From Desulfobacteraceae bacterium CG2_30_51_40 (GTDB taxonomy: Bacteria; Desulfobacterota; DSM-4660; Desulfatiglandales; Desulfatiglandaceae), in assembly GCA_001874005.1 (NCBI GenBank), contig MNYJ01000137.1, positions 8,535-72,534 of the forward strand: 64,000 nt of DNA, in the 5' to 3' direction. The notes under the pieces are model-generated. The model was not told the origin of the DNA. It did no database searches and worked only from the letters and a program-made list of their open reading frames with translations. A program made the position numbers and the translations under genes. This document shows positions 17,134-26,613 of this stretch, one piece after another; the first letter of the stretch is position 1; each line of letters starts with the position of its first letter.

Positions 17134-18609
17134 ATGAAACAGAACATCTTCCTTATCCTTACCCAAAAACTATGGATAAGGGTTGTAAGCATCCTGACCT
17201 TAATTCTGGTTGTCGTGGTTGGATCGGTCATCTGGTTCAATATCCGTTCGCAGGAGGAATCCATCCGCGGCCAGAGCAGAATTGCCAACGGGATGCTCGC
17301 TGCCGCTATTGAGGGAGGCATATTTGACTTGCTGGCCGCTGGAAGAAACAGCGAGGTGAAGTCACAGCTTAAGAGACTCAAGGAGAAGATGCCGGGGATG
17401 GATGTCTCCATATTTGCCTTCAACGGCTCTATAACATTTACGACCATGAATTCCTCTGCAGGAAAGGATATTTCAGCGTTTCTTCACAACGAAGAAGCAA
17501 AGTCAGTGGTTTCCGGATTGCTGAAGGACGGAGCGGACACGGGTGGCATGTTTGATGAAATGATAGATGGGGCTTACTATGTAAGCACCTTCAGGCCCAT
17601 ATTGAATGAGGCATCTTGCCACCACTGCCACGGCGGCTCAAGAAAGGTACTTGGAGGTCTGCAAGTGCGCACATCCGCACAGGAGGCCTTGGATGCGGTC
17701 TTGTTTACACGCAATAAAAGTCTGATTATGGGTGCGGCGGGATGTGCGGCCCTGATAATAGTGATCTATCTCCTGTTTCAGCGCATGGTAAACAGGCCGG
17801 TAGTCAGGCTCCTTGAACTTGCAGGAAGGATGCGTCAAGGAGACCTTAGTCACAGGCTTGAGGTCCGGGGTAGAACCGAACTCAGTCACATGACTGCAAG
17901 GATGAATCTGGTAAATCAAAGCCTGTGCGATATGATAGGAGAGATCGCCGCCGCATCTGCTAAGATCAGCTCGTCAGCTACCGGCCAGGCCGCTTCGCTT
18001 GAAGAGACAAGCGCTTCGCTTGAAGAGATGTCCTCCATGACGCAGCGAAACTCCCAGGACGCTCAGGGGGCTGACGAACTTATGAAAGAGGCAAATCGTC
18101 TTGCTTCCCAGGCAAAAAAGTCCATGACGCTTCTGACAGAATCCATGGCCAATATCTCCAGGGCGAGCGAAGAGACCTCAAAGGTGGTAAAGAACATTGA
18201 TGAAATAGCCTTTCAGACCAATCTGCTAGCTCTGAATGCGGCAGTTGAGGCGGCAAGGGCAGGGGATGCGGGGGCTGGATTTGCGGTGGTCGCAAACGAG
18301 GTAAGGTCTCTTGCGATGCGGGCTGCCGAGTCCGCGCGAAATACTGCTGATCTACTGTCAGGTACGGCACGGAGCGTGGAGGAAGGCGCAGGCATTTCCA
18401 AGGAGACGGCCGTAGCAGTCTCAGAGGTTATCTCTTCCGTTGAAAAGGCCGCAGAACTTGTGGCCTCCATAGCAGGCGCCTCCAGAGAACAGGCCTCAGG
18501 CATCGAGCAGATAAACAAGGCGGTTGCCGACATGGACAAATCCACCCAGGAATACGCCGCCACCGCCCAACAGCTCTCCGCCGCCACCGCGCAGTTTAAA
18601 ACCCGATAG
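17134..18609 (+). CDS. Methyl-accepting chemotaxis protein with periplasmic c-type heme (CxxCH) sensor domain
   Basis: It has 2 TM segments and a ~170-aa periplasmic domain containing [24 protein letters not shown] domain follows, then the conserved MCP signalling hairpin ([21 protein letters not shown]). Confidence 0.85.
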   Translation: MKQNIFLILTQKLWIRVVSILTLILVVVVGSVIWFNIRSQEESIRGQSRIANGMLAAAIEGGIFDLLAAGRNSEVKSQLKRLKEKMPGMDVSIFAFNGSITFTTMNSSAGKDISAFLHNEEAKSVVSGLLKDGADTGGMFDEMIDGAYYVSTFRPILNEASCHHCHGGSRKVLGGLQVRTSAQEALDAVLFTRNKSLIMGAAGCAALIIVIYLLFQRMVNRPVVRLLELAGRMRQGDLSHRLEVRGRTELSHMTARMNLVNQSLCDMIGEIAAASAKISSSATGQAASLEETSASLEEMSSMTQRNSQDAQGADELMKEANRLASQAKKSMTLLTESMANISRASEETSKVVKNIDEIAFQTNLLALNAAVEAARAGDAGAGFAVVANEVRSLAMRAAESARNTADLLSGTARSVEEGAGISKETAVAVSEVISSVEKAAELVASIAGASREQASGIEQINKAVADMDKSTQEYAATAQQLSAATAQFKTR

Positions 18610-18848
18610 GGGCACGCCCTTAGCTTTTACAGATTTGCTATGTCGGGATAAGGCCTTACGCCACTAGAGCCGGCGAAAGAATACACTTTGCGCTGAGCCC
18701 TGAAGAACCATACTCGAATCGGATACATCAATGAGTTTCATAACTGATACCTCTCGGTTTATATGAAAATCTCTCTTGCCTGGTGGTGATTTCCACGCTT
18801 CGTTTAGCCCCTGGGGGCATGATCCTTGGTCAGTCTTCTGGGTAGTAT

Positions 18849-18986
18849 CCATCAGTAAATGGCTATTTTCACCGATTTCGGCGTTGGGCTCAAATTTTAA
18901 TCCTCGAAATACCTCAATGTATTCCTGTGGTTAAAATTATCGCCCACCTTGAACTCGACAAAACTATCTCATTTCCGGATGGACAC
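18849..18986 (-). repeat. Repeat family D, 5' partial copy (inverted relative to 2896-3165)
   Basis: The reverse complement aligns to 2896-3033 with about 5 mismatches. Confidence 0.6.
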
Positions 18987-19320
18987 CAGGTAAGGCGCAC
19001 GATGAAGCTCAAGTAAGGGGGATGGAGAGGCGGGTTCATGGCGTGGCTTTCATTAATCCGGGCCATCGGTCGTCTTCGGTTCGACGTATCGGTCTTTGAT
19101 CAAGCGCCTTTCGGCCTCGGGCAGGGACTTGAGATACCCTTTCCAGCCAGGGCACCATCGGGTATGCCACCTCCACAGCCTTCCAAGGACAGAGCCGGGA
19201 TTTTTGTCGTGCCTCTTTCTCAACGGGCAACCGGTGCATCTGTGCAAGGCCAAAAAACATCACCTCCATCCATTATCTGCGTGCGGGGCGTCGGGGCAGG
19301 TTTGACAGCAGCTTGGCGGA

Positions 19321-21327
19321 TTAAAAGTTCTTGAACTCATCTTCATCAAGCGGGATCACCTGCTCAGGCCTTACCTCGTTTGCGGCGCTTGACGCAGGGG
19401 CCGTATGCACGGCCTTTCCAATTCGGGCAAGTGCAAGGGCCTTAGACCCTGGAACCGCTCTCTGATTTATTGACTCCTGCAGCCCTTTCGTTCCAATGGC
19501 TTCCTTGGTTCTATCGGCTCCGACCATCTGCGCCAGTTCCTGAACAAGGGATTCCAGTTCCACTGCCTGGGAACTCATCTGCTGGGCTGCTGAGGCTGCC
19601 AGCTCTGCGCCTGCGGCGTTTTGCTGGGTCACCTTGTCCAGTTCGGATACGGCCTTGTTGATCTGCTCTATCCCCTGGGCCTGTTCGGATGATCCCTCGC
19701 TTATCTGGGCCACGAAATCCGCCACTTTAGCGGCGGCTTTGGCCACCTGCTTGAAGGCCTTGTTTGCGCCCTCTACATGGCCGGCGCCTTCTTTAACCTT
19801 GGCGACCGTCCCTTCAATAAGCCCGGATGTTATTCTGGCTGCTTCGGCCGCGCGCATTGCGAGATTTCTCACCTCATCTGCCACAACGGCAAAGCCCGCT
19901 CCTGCTTCTCCCGCCCGCGCTGCCTCCACCGCCGCATTGAGGGCCAGGAGATTTGTCTGAAATGCTATCTCGTCTATGGTCTTTATGATCTTGCTGGTCT
20001 CCTCGCCGGCCTTGGATATCTCAAGCATGGACTTGGTAAGCATATCCATGGATTGATCGGCCTTTCCGACCACCTCATTTGCCCCGGCCATAAGCTTGTT
20101 TGCCTCAAGGGCGCTCTCTGCATTTCTCTTAGTCATGGAAGACATTTCTTCAAGTGAGGATGAGGTCTCCTCCAATGCGGAGGCCTGCTCGGAGGTCCCC
20201 TCTGCAAGGCTCTGGCCTGCGGAGGCCACCTGGCCTGCCGCTGACTGCACCTCTTCTGCCCCCTGGCCCAGCCCATCTATAACCCTCTTGATCGGCCTTG
20301 TGACGGAGCGCGTAACAATGAGCCCGAGCGCCAATGCGAGTAAGGCGCCTCCTATTGCTACAGCCCCGGATACGATCTTCATGATGCGGGCCTGTCTTTC
20401 AAAGGCTGCTGTTGTTTGGGACGCTGCCGCACGGTTCATGGTAAGGAGCCTTCCCATGGGCTGGAAGGCGCTGGCCTGTGCCTTCTTGACAGGGCCTGTG
20501 ATGTTCTCCTGGAGCTTCACTATCAATTTGAGGGAATCCTCTGCCGCGTTTGTCATGCTGTTGAGGACCGAAAGGCAGGACTCCGACGCCTGGAGAAGAT
20601 CCTTTTCAAATAACATGTTGGCATCAAGAAATGCCTGTTCGCTTACGAGCTTTTTAATCCCTGCCACCGTCCCGTGCAGCTTCTTGTGCGGCTCGGCAAG
20701 AGATTGGACGTGCTTCATGAACTGATCGTTGTCGTTTTTGTATGAGGAAGACCATTTGCCTAGAGGGCACTCCGAGGCGCTTTCTCCCCCTTTCAACTCC
20801 TTTGACTCCTGGAGGAATTCCTTAACCTGCAATACCAAACCGTTTATTTCGCCCTTGAATATTTCAAGAGTAAGTTTAATATCCACCGGGTCCGTTATGC
20901 CGGATTTATCGAAGAGATGACCCAGCTCGATAGCCTTTTCAATTTCCTTTATCCAAATAAGCCATGCAGCCTTAAACTCAGTCCATGCGGCTTTTTCTTC
21001 AGCAGTCTTTGGAAGCCCTTCATATTTACTTATGCCCTGGTCTGCCTTTTCCATACCGGATTTCAATGAGGTGTACTGCTCCTTACGAACATCCTGTGCA
21101 AGCCCCGGAATAGCAAGGATTCTTAAGGATGCGTTAATGCTTTCTGCGGAAGAACTTATGAAAAGGAGGCTGTCCAGGGATGGCAGTCTTTCCTGGCCTA
21201 TTTCCCTTATGGCCCTTTCACCTTTGGCGGATTGGAAATAGCCGAAAGCGCCGAGAGCCAGGGTGACAACCGCTACCACTGAGAATCCTGCGATCAATTT
21301 GAAGCCGAGTGTCCTTTTCCTGCCCAT
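19321..21327 (-). CDS. Methyl-accepting chemotaxis protein, large periplasmic helical sensor with CZB-like Cys/His motif
   Basis: 668 aa with TM1, a ~300-aa periplasmic domain, TM2, HAMP and an MCP signalling domain ([21 protein letters not shown]). The periplasmic motif is CPLGKW-x21-HKKLH. Confidence 0.85.
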   Translation of the reverse strand: MGRKRTLGFKLIAGFSVVAVVTLALGAFGYFQSAKGERAIREIGQERLPSLDSLLFISSSAESINASLRILAIPGLAQDVRKEQYTSLKSGMEKADQGISKYEGLPKTAEEKAAWTEFKAAWLIWIKEIEKAIELGHLFDKSGITDPVDIKLTLEIFKGEINGLVLQVKEFLQESKELKGGESASECPLGKWSSSYKNDNDQFMKHVQSLAEPHKKLHGTVAGIKKLVSEQAFLDANMLFEKDLLQASESCLSVLNSMTNAAEDSLKLIVKLQENITGPVKKAQASAFQPMGRLLTMNRAAASQTTAAFERQARIMKIVSGAVAIGGALLALALGLIVTRSVTRPIKRVIDGLGQGAEEVQSAAGQVASAGQSLAEGTSEQASALEETSSSLEEMSSMTKRNAESALEANKLMAGANEVVGKADQSMDMLTKSMLEISKAGEETSKIIKTIDEIAFQTNLLALNAAVEAARAGEAGAGFAVVADEVRNLAMRAAEAARITSGLIEGTVAKVKEGAGHVEGANKAFKQVAKAAAKVADFVAQISEGSSEQAQGIEQINKAVSELDKVTQQNAAGAELAASAAQQMSSQAVELESLVQELAQMVGADRTKEAIGTKGLQESINQRAVPGSKALALARIGKAVHTAPASSAANEVRPEQVIPLDEDEFKNF

Positions 21328-21431
21328 GGACTTACTCCTTTATGCTTGAGTCGTTACAGATTAATTCCCTCCCCTTCGCCATATCATACCGATCTTGATC
21401 ATCTCGTAAGGATGCTTCGCTTTTGATTATG

Positions 21432-21570
21432 CTTTTATATGAAAATACATCATCATACCGGTGTAGGCCGGTATCCAGTCTTTTACACATGGATTCCAGA
21501 TCAAGTCCGGAATCACATGCGGCATTTTCATTCTTACTTGTGCTGCTTTCAAGGCATGAGGGTTAATTAG
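21432..21570. repeat. Composite intergenic repeat (family B end tttatatgaaaat + family A core + family C tail)
   Basis: It shares tttatatgaaaata, ccggtgtaggccggtatccag...tggattccagatcaagtccggaatcac and ggcattttcattcttacttgtgc...catgagggttaattag with other copies. Confidence 0.45.
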
Positions 21571-21589
21571 AACGAATCAGAATCCTTTG

Positions 21590-22417
21590 TCAACCGTTAG
21601 CTGCAAAGCCGTGTCTTATACCGATTGCCCTGGCCATGCGGGCAAATCCGACCCCAAGATCGAAGACGGAATCAATGTCCAGGTTCTCGTCGGCGGTCTT
21701 ATCAAAAAAAACGTTTATGGATGACGCCATCTCCTCATCCGGCAGCCAGTAGCAGACCATCATCGGCACAAGAGGAAGCGGATGCAGCACAACCGATATG
21801 TCCGATCGAAATTGAGGCTCCACCTTCCTGCCGCCGAAGAGATGCACCATATCGTCGAAGAGATCCGTATATACGTCCGCAACCTGCTTAAGGGCTTGCT
21901 CGCACCTTTTGCTGAAAAGAGGATAGCGCTCACGGCCTTCCTTGAGCTCCCTGAAGGACACCCAGTCCCCCGTCGGCTCTGTCCCTCTTCCATTCAAAAG
22001 GTGATTGAGGAAGGGTACCGCGATCCAGGGGTTAATATGGATCTCAGAGAAAAGATTGCCTTTTTGATCAACGCTGAAATCTTTTCCCATGACCTTGATG
22101 GTGAGCCTTCCTGCCGCGTATTGCGCCTTGATCCTTTTAGCCGCCACGGCAAGATCAATTCCGGATATGGCGGATTTCAGCGTCTCCAGATATGATATTC
22201 CTTCCCCCTCAGTGCCCTTTTCGTTGGGGTCTTTATCATCGAGCATCTTAGCCGTCTGAGGGTCAAGCCTGGGGCATTCGGATGCCTTTCGCCTTTCCCT
22301 GAGTACCGCCCCTGCAAATGCAAGGCAGGTCTTCTCACCGCATTCTCCACAGTTGGATTTTTCAAGAAGTTTATATATTTCAAAAGCATTTTTGGGTTTG
22401 CCCACGTGTTCCTCCAT
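21590..22417 (-). CDS. DUF3786-like protein with N-terminal Fe-S cluster-binding domain (CxxCGxxxC...C, RnfB/AcsC-N type)
   Basis: 275 aa. NCGECGEKTCLAFAGAVL...ECP matches the putative Fe-S domain. The family assignment of the remainder is from memory only. Confidence 0.5.
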   Translation of the reverse strand: MEEHVGKPKNAFEIYKLLEKSNCGECGEKTCLAFAGAVLRERRKASECPRLDPQTAKMLDDKDPNEKGTEGEGISYLETLKSAISGIDLAVAAKRIKAQYAAGRLTIKVMGKDFSVDQKGNLFSEIHINPWIAVPFLNHLLNGRGTEPTGDWVSFRELKEGRERYPLFSKRCEQALKQVADVYTDLFDDMVHLFGGRKVEPQFRSDISVVLHPLPLVPMMVCYWLPDEEMASSINVFFDKTADENLDIDSVFDLGVGFARMARAIGIRHGFAANG

Positions 22418-22461
22418 TTTATTGAGATAGTTCCATCTTTAAGGGGAATCCAGCCTGTTTT

Positions 22462-23850
22462 CTAAGCGGAGAATCTGTGCCCCTCACCATGATTCGAGCA
22501 TCGCACCTTGTCCCTTACGGCCTGAGCAGCCCTTCTTATCCCTACATAATCGGCACGCTGCGGCTCACTCCAGCATGGAAGGAGTGTGTTGTTGTGATAG
22601 AGGGGTTCTCGTAATATATCGTATCTGGAGACTGCGACCGCTCTCTCCCATAGCGCCGTATGCGGTATGGGTGAGTATTCGGCTATAAAGGGCATTATCC
22701 CCACGCTATCAAGAAAGTAAAGAGTGTTATAGACATCCTCCGGCGACTGATCGGGAAGACCGGCAAGCACGTAGGCCCCTATATCATCTGCCCTGAATCC
22801 CGCTTTAAATAGGGCCTCAACCGCGTTTTCAAACTCCCCTTCCTTAAGCTTGTGGTCAAGCTTCATCCGCAGAGAAAAGTCAGCCGTCTCAAGCCCGAGT
22901 CTTATTGTCTTGAATCCTGCTTCAAAAAGGAGATGCGCCAGGCGTGGAGTAATCCGCGTTGCATGAAGGGCGTTGGGGGTGTGAAAACGGAGGTCCTTTT
23001 CTAGACGCATGATTCCTCTCAGAAGATCTTCCACGGCGCCATCTCCGCCCGGGAGAAGGGCGTCATCATAGAAGGCGAAATCCTTTATGCCGTATTCTTC
23101 GCTCCAGTAGAGGATCTCCCTTAAGACTTCCTCCGAAGCCCTGCGCGAAAAGGACGGATTCAGGAAACGGCTTGCGCAGTAACGGCAGTCAAAGGGACAA
23201 CCGCTTGAAGTCCGGATACAGACGTAATCCAGGCCGTGAAGGAGATCAAAGGCAGGGTAAGGGTGGGGCGCCAAATCTTCCGATGTCGGTTGGGGAAGAA
23301 ATCCCTGTTTCTTGATAAAGGCCTCGATAAAGCTGGTCTCATCCGAACCGTCCCAGACCAGATCAGGTACTGCAAAAGCCTTTGCATGCTCCGGACAGAG
23401 CCTGGCATATATCCCCCCCAGGATGACCGGGACATGGGGATGAACCGAGCGTGCCGCCCTGATTGCCTCCGCAACTCCGGGATACCAGTAGGTCATGAGC
23501 GATGTTACTATGATTACCGAAGGCGTCTCAACAGATGAAAGATCAGCCAGAAATGCCTCCATGCTTATTCCGTATCTGCTGTAACGCCTCCTTACATGGG
23601 AAAGCGCGGTGGGTTTTGTTATCGCTTCTTTGCGAAATTTCCCTGTACCGTACGGCCCTTTTTTCAGTCTTAAGACTTCGTCTTTTTCTATTGAGGGATG
23701 ATGCATATCCATGCAGTCTATGACGCGAACCGAAAAAGCCCTGCTTCGCAGCGCCGATGCTATGGTCAAAAGACCCAGGGGCTTAGCCCACAGGTCATGG
23801 GCCGCGAAATCATATATCCATGGATTGATAAGAAGGGGGACGCCCTTCAT
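22462..23850 (-). CDS. B12-binding domain-containing radical SAM protein
   Basis: 462 aa with an N-terminal Rossmann-like B12-binding region. The radical SAM motif is CPFDCRYCAS. Confidence 0.8.
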   Translation of the reverse strand: MKGVPLLINPWIYDFAAHDLWAKPLGLLTIASALRSRAFSVRVIDCMDMHHPSIEKDEVLRLKKGPYGTGKFRKEAITKPTALSHVRRRYSRYGISMEAFLADLSSVETPSVIIVTSLMTYWYPGVAEAIRAARSVHPHVPVILGGIYARLCPEHAKAFAVPDLVWDGSDETSFIEAFIKKQGFLPQPTSEDLAPHPYPAFDLLHGLDYVCIRTSSGCPFDCRYCASRFLNPSFSRRASEEVLREILYWSEEYGIKDFAFYDDALLPGGDGAVEDLLRGIMRLEKDLRFHTPNALHATRITPRLAHLLFEAGFKTIRLGLETADFSLRMKLDHKLKEGEFENAVEALFKAGFRADDIGAYVLAGLPDQSPEDVYNTLYFLDSVGIMPFIAEYSPIPHTALWERAVAVSRYDILREPLYHNNTLLPCWSEPQRADYVGIRRAAQAVRDKVRCSNHGEGHRFSA

Positions 23851-24028
23851 TTTTACAGTTTTATCTCCTTTTCCAGATCTGATTTTTCTTGATCTTCCCC
23901 CATTAACAAGCTGGCGGCAAGGGACAATTGTATTTTCTCGATAAATCGGGGAGAGTCTTCTTTCCAGCCGCTTATGTATTGCAGCTTTTGTTAATATGAT
24001 AAGGACTTGGCGTCTTGAGCCATTTACC

Positions 24029-24123
24029 GTGAAAATACACCCCCCACCCCCAACCTTCCCCCGCGCGGGGGGAGGGAAATCCTCGACCTCGTAGAGTGTA
24101 GAGCCGGAGGAGGATTTTCATTA
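24029..24123. repeat. Family B MITE-like element copy
   Basis: The ends are GAAAATACACCCCCC ... GGAGGAGGATTTTC. The internal GC hairpin is cttcccccgcgcgggggGaggg. ORF 23972..24235(-) is its translation artefact. Confidence 0.5.
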
Positions 24124-24290
24124 GCGGGGGCGACAAAATATTTCTTTCATGAGCGTATGGACAAAGCCCGTCCCGGACCACGGTTAGGGAGCAGGAACCC
24201 CAGGGCCTGACCTCTGATTTGTATAACGGAGCCATCTTTGATAAGCTTCAAGATATCTTCTGGACAAGTGAGAGCAGGGGGGAAAACCGT

Positions 24291-24788
24291 ATGGGGAAAA
24301 AGATTTCAGATAATATCGGGAAGGCTTTTAACATAGAATCAATGGCTGCCGCCAGAAACAGGGCCTTTGCCTTTCAGGCGCAAAAAGAGGGGAGAAAGGA
24401 TTTGGCGAGGCTGTTCAGGGCCATTGCCGATGCCAAGTCGGCCCAGGCGAGAAGATTCCTCGGCCACATGAAGGGAAAGATCGGCTCTACGAAGGAGAAT
24501 CTATCTGAGGCCCTGGAAAACGAAAAAAGGGCACTGGAAGATATTTATCCCGGCATGGCAAAGGAGGCGGAGGGGGCGCCGTGGGCCGTCAAGAAGGCCT
24601 TCAACCAGACCATGAAGGTTTCCTCCCGTCACCTTGATCTTTTTCGCAGGGTAACTGAGACCGGGGATTCTGAAGTCGAGGCGACCTTATATGTCTGTAG
24701 AATATGCGGATATATAAGCGAAAACGAGGTGCCGGATAACTGTCCCGTGTGCCATGCGGTAAAAGGGAGATTCGCGGAGGTTGCATAG
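24291..24788 (+). CDS. Rubrerythrin-like protein with C-terminal rubredoxin-type Cys4 site and degenerate ferritin-like domain
   Basis: The start is at ATG 24291. The C-terminus CRICGY...CPVCH has the rubredoxin-like CxxC..CxxC pattern, and the N-terminal helices resemble rubrerythrin (ESMAAARNRAFAF...). No ExxH motif occurs anywhere in the sequence. Confidence 0.7.
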   Translation: MGKKISDNIGKAFNIESMAAARNRAFAFQAQKEGRKDLARLFRAIADAKSAQARRFLGHMKGKIGSTKENLSEALENEKRALEDIYPGMAKEAEGAPWAVKKAFNQTMKVSSRHLDLFRRVTETGDSEVEATLYVCRICGYISENEVPDNCPVCHAVKGRFAEVA

Positions 24789-24896
24789 CCCGGTCACACT
24801 GCTTGTTCCGCTGCCCGGCCTTTTGCGCCTGTCGGTGCATGTCCGGCATGGAGGTCAACAAAAGTGTTACGAGAGTATCGATGATTCAAAATCTAT

Positions 24897-26150
24897 TCAG
24901 GATCTTTGCGCCTTGGGTGAAAGGGAAAGTGCAAGGGTGAAGGCGCCGAGGCTTGCGCCCGCAAGTACCATAAAAAGCACGCTATAGGTGCCAGTTACAT
25001 CGAAGAGATGGCCTCCCAGTATAGGCCCTGCTGCGCCTCCTATGGTGCCGCTGAAAATGACGCTTCCCAAAAGAATTCCATGTGATCTTGTGCCGAAAAA
25101 GGCTGCAACTGCCGGGGACATGAGGGCGAAAAACGCGCCGTGGGCGAATCCGTGGATTACTGCAAACAGATAATACATCAAGGCCGACCCTGCTTTGTTA
25201 AGCACTATGAGCCCGGTAAACATCATGGCAAAGGTAAAGGCCAGGGCCATTTTAGCCCCTATCCTGTCTGCCGCGGCACCCATCACAAGTCTTCCCACGA
25301 TGCTTACGGCCCCTAATGTGGAGAGCACCGTTGCGGCCTTCGCAGGGGTCATGCCGGTATCTATGAGGTGTGGAACAAGGTGCATCAGCATAGTATATGT
25401 GCAGGCAACCGTAAGAACGCATATCAGGCAAAGGGACCAGAATTGTCTTGTCAGGATCGCCTCCCGATAGGTCAACCCCTCTTCGGCCAAACGGCCGCAA
25501 GCGGAACCGATTGGTCCTGCATTGTCTGCCGACTGACCTTTTAAGGCCGGATCTCTTACCAGAAACTGTGCCAGAACCACATAAGAAACTGCAATTATGG
25601 CTCCCAGGATGGCAAAGCAGGTACGCCAGGGATAGAGTGCAAGGAGAATGGTGATGAAGATGGGGGCGATCACCATGCCGAGGCCGGTTCCTACCTTCAA
25701 TATCCCGCTCATGGCCCCTCTAAGGCGGATAAACCAGCGGGCAACAGTGGAAAGGAGCACCACATCGGTCCCGCTCACCCCCATCCCTATTATGATCCCG
25801 TAATAGAGGTATATCTCCCAGAGGTTGTCCGCCTTTGCCATAAGAAGATAACCTGAACCCATCAGCAGCCCGCATCCGGTCATGATCAGCCTGGGACCGA
25901 TTCGATCGTTAAGGGCGCCGACGAATATGCTCAAGAGGCCGTGGACAAGTATGCTTATGGATGCTGCGCCCGCCACGGATGCCCTGCTCCATCCGAATTC
26001 CTTTATGATCGGATTAAAGAAAACGCCGTAGCTGTTGTGTATGCCCCACCCTATCACCTGGATGGCAAAGGATGTCGCTACCACTACATAACCGTAAAAA
26101 TAGCGGTTTTGCTTTGGTGTTTCGTCACGGGCCTTTATTTGTTCGAGCAA
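24897..26150 (-). CDS. MFS transporter (oxalate/formate antiporter-like)
   Basis: 417 aa with about 12 predicted TM helices and a typical MFS loop motif (GALNDRIGPR). Confidence 0.8.
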   Translation of the reverse strand: MLEQIKARDETPKQNRYFYGYVVVATSFAIQVIGWGIHNSYGVFFNPIIKEFGWSRASVAGAASISILVHGLLSIFVGALNDRIGPRLIMTGCGLLMGSGYLLMAKADNLWEIYLYYGIIIGMGVSGTDVVLLSTVARWFIRLRGAMSGILKVGTGLGMVIAPIFITILLALYPWRTCFAILGAIIAVSYVVLAQFLVRDPALKGQSADNAGPIGSACGRLAEEGLTYREAILTRQFWSLCLICVLTVACTYTMLMHLVPHLIDTGMTPAKAATVLSTLGAVSIVGRLVMGAAADRIGAKMALAFTFAMMFTGLIVLNKAGSALMYYLFAVIHGFAHGAFFALMSPAVAAFFGTRSHGILLGSVIFSGTIGGAAGPILGGHLFDVTGTYSVLFMVLAGASLGAFTLALSLSPKAQRS

Positions 26151-26335
26151 TTCCTTCTCCTTGTATAGGCCAACTGATATATCTGTGTGGCACAGGATAA
26201 GGCCGAATGCCGTGTGTTACAAGGCTTGCTCAATAAATAATATTCAGCCTTGCCTGAGTACATGCGAATATATCTTGAATAGATCGTATTTATTGGCATA
26301 CTTATCTGCGCAATGTATGAGTTCAAAAACCCGGG

Positions 26336-26429
26336 GTAGGTGCGGCTTCAGCCGCACCTACAGAAGCTGATTCCTGGTCTGTATGTCCTGATCTGCGCAA
26401 AGCCATCCCCCAATTATTGAGCTGATACT
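26336..26429 (+). repeat. Repeat family D, 3' partial copy preceded by an 11-bp-stem hairpin
   Basis: 26361-26429 aligns to 3097-3165 at about 93 %. The hairpin GTAGGTGCGGC-ttca-GCCGCACCTAC occupies the place of a different hairpin (TGCGCC..GGCGCA) in copy 1. Confidence 0.55.
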
Positions 26430-26613
26430 GCGCAATCTTCTTCATGGCCGAAAGGCCACCTCCGGCCGGGAAAATGCTTGGAGGGCTATATCGGTATCGT
26501 ATTTTAACGATGATTCTTTTCTGTCTTTCTCAATTTCAACCACGATACCGCGGGGGAATCTTCACAGCAGGCTTATTTTAGCGAACGTAATGATGACAGG
26601 AGGAAAACAGGAG

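Noticed and set aside
19036-19320. Four overlapping 60-100-codon ORFs between the two MCP genes. One (19053..19253, minus) contains ..GYLKSLPEAERRLIKDRYVE.., reminiscent of sigma-70 region 4 / phage ArpU-type regulators
   Set aside because: It is only a ~20-aa resemblance with no RBS and no complete domain. It is adjacent to a repeat fragment, so it is most likely a gene remnant, and the evidence is too weak to annotate.
23972-24235. 87-aa minus-strand ORF upstream of the rubrerythrin-like gene
   Set aside because: It spans the family B repeat (the peptide ..GFPSPRAGEGWGWGVYFHG.. is the translated hairpin). It has no RBS.
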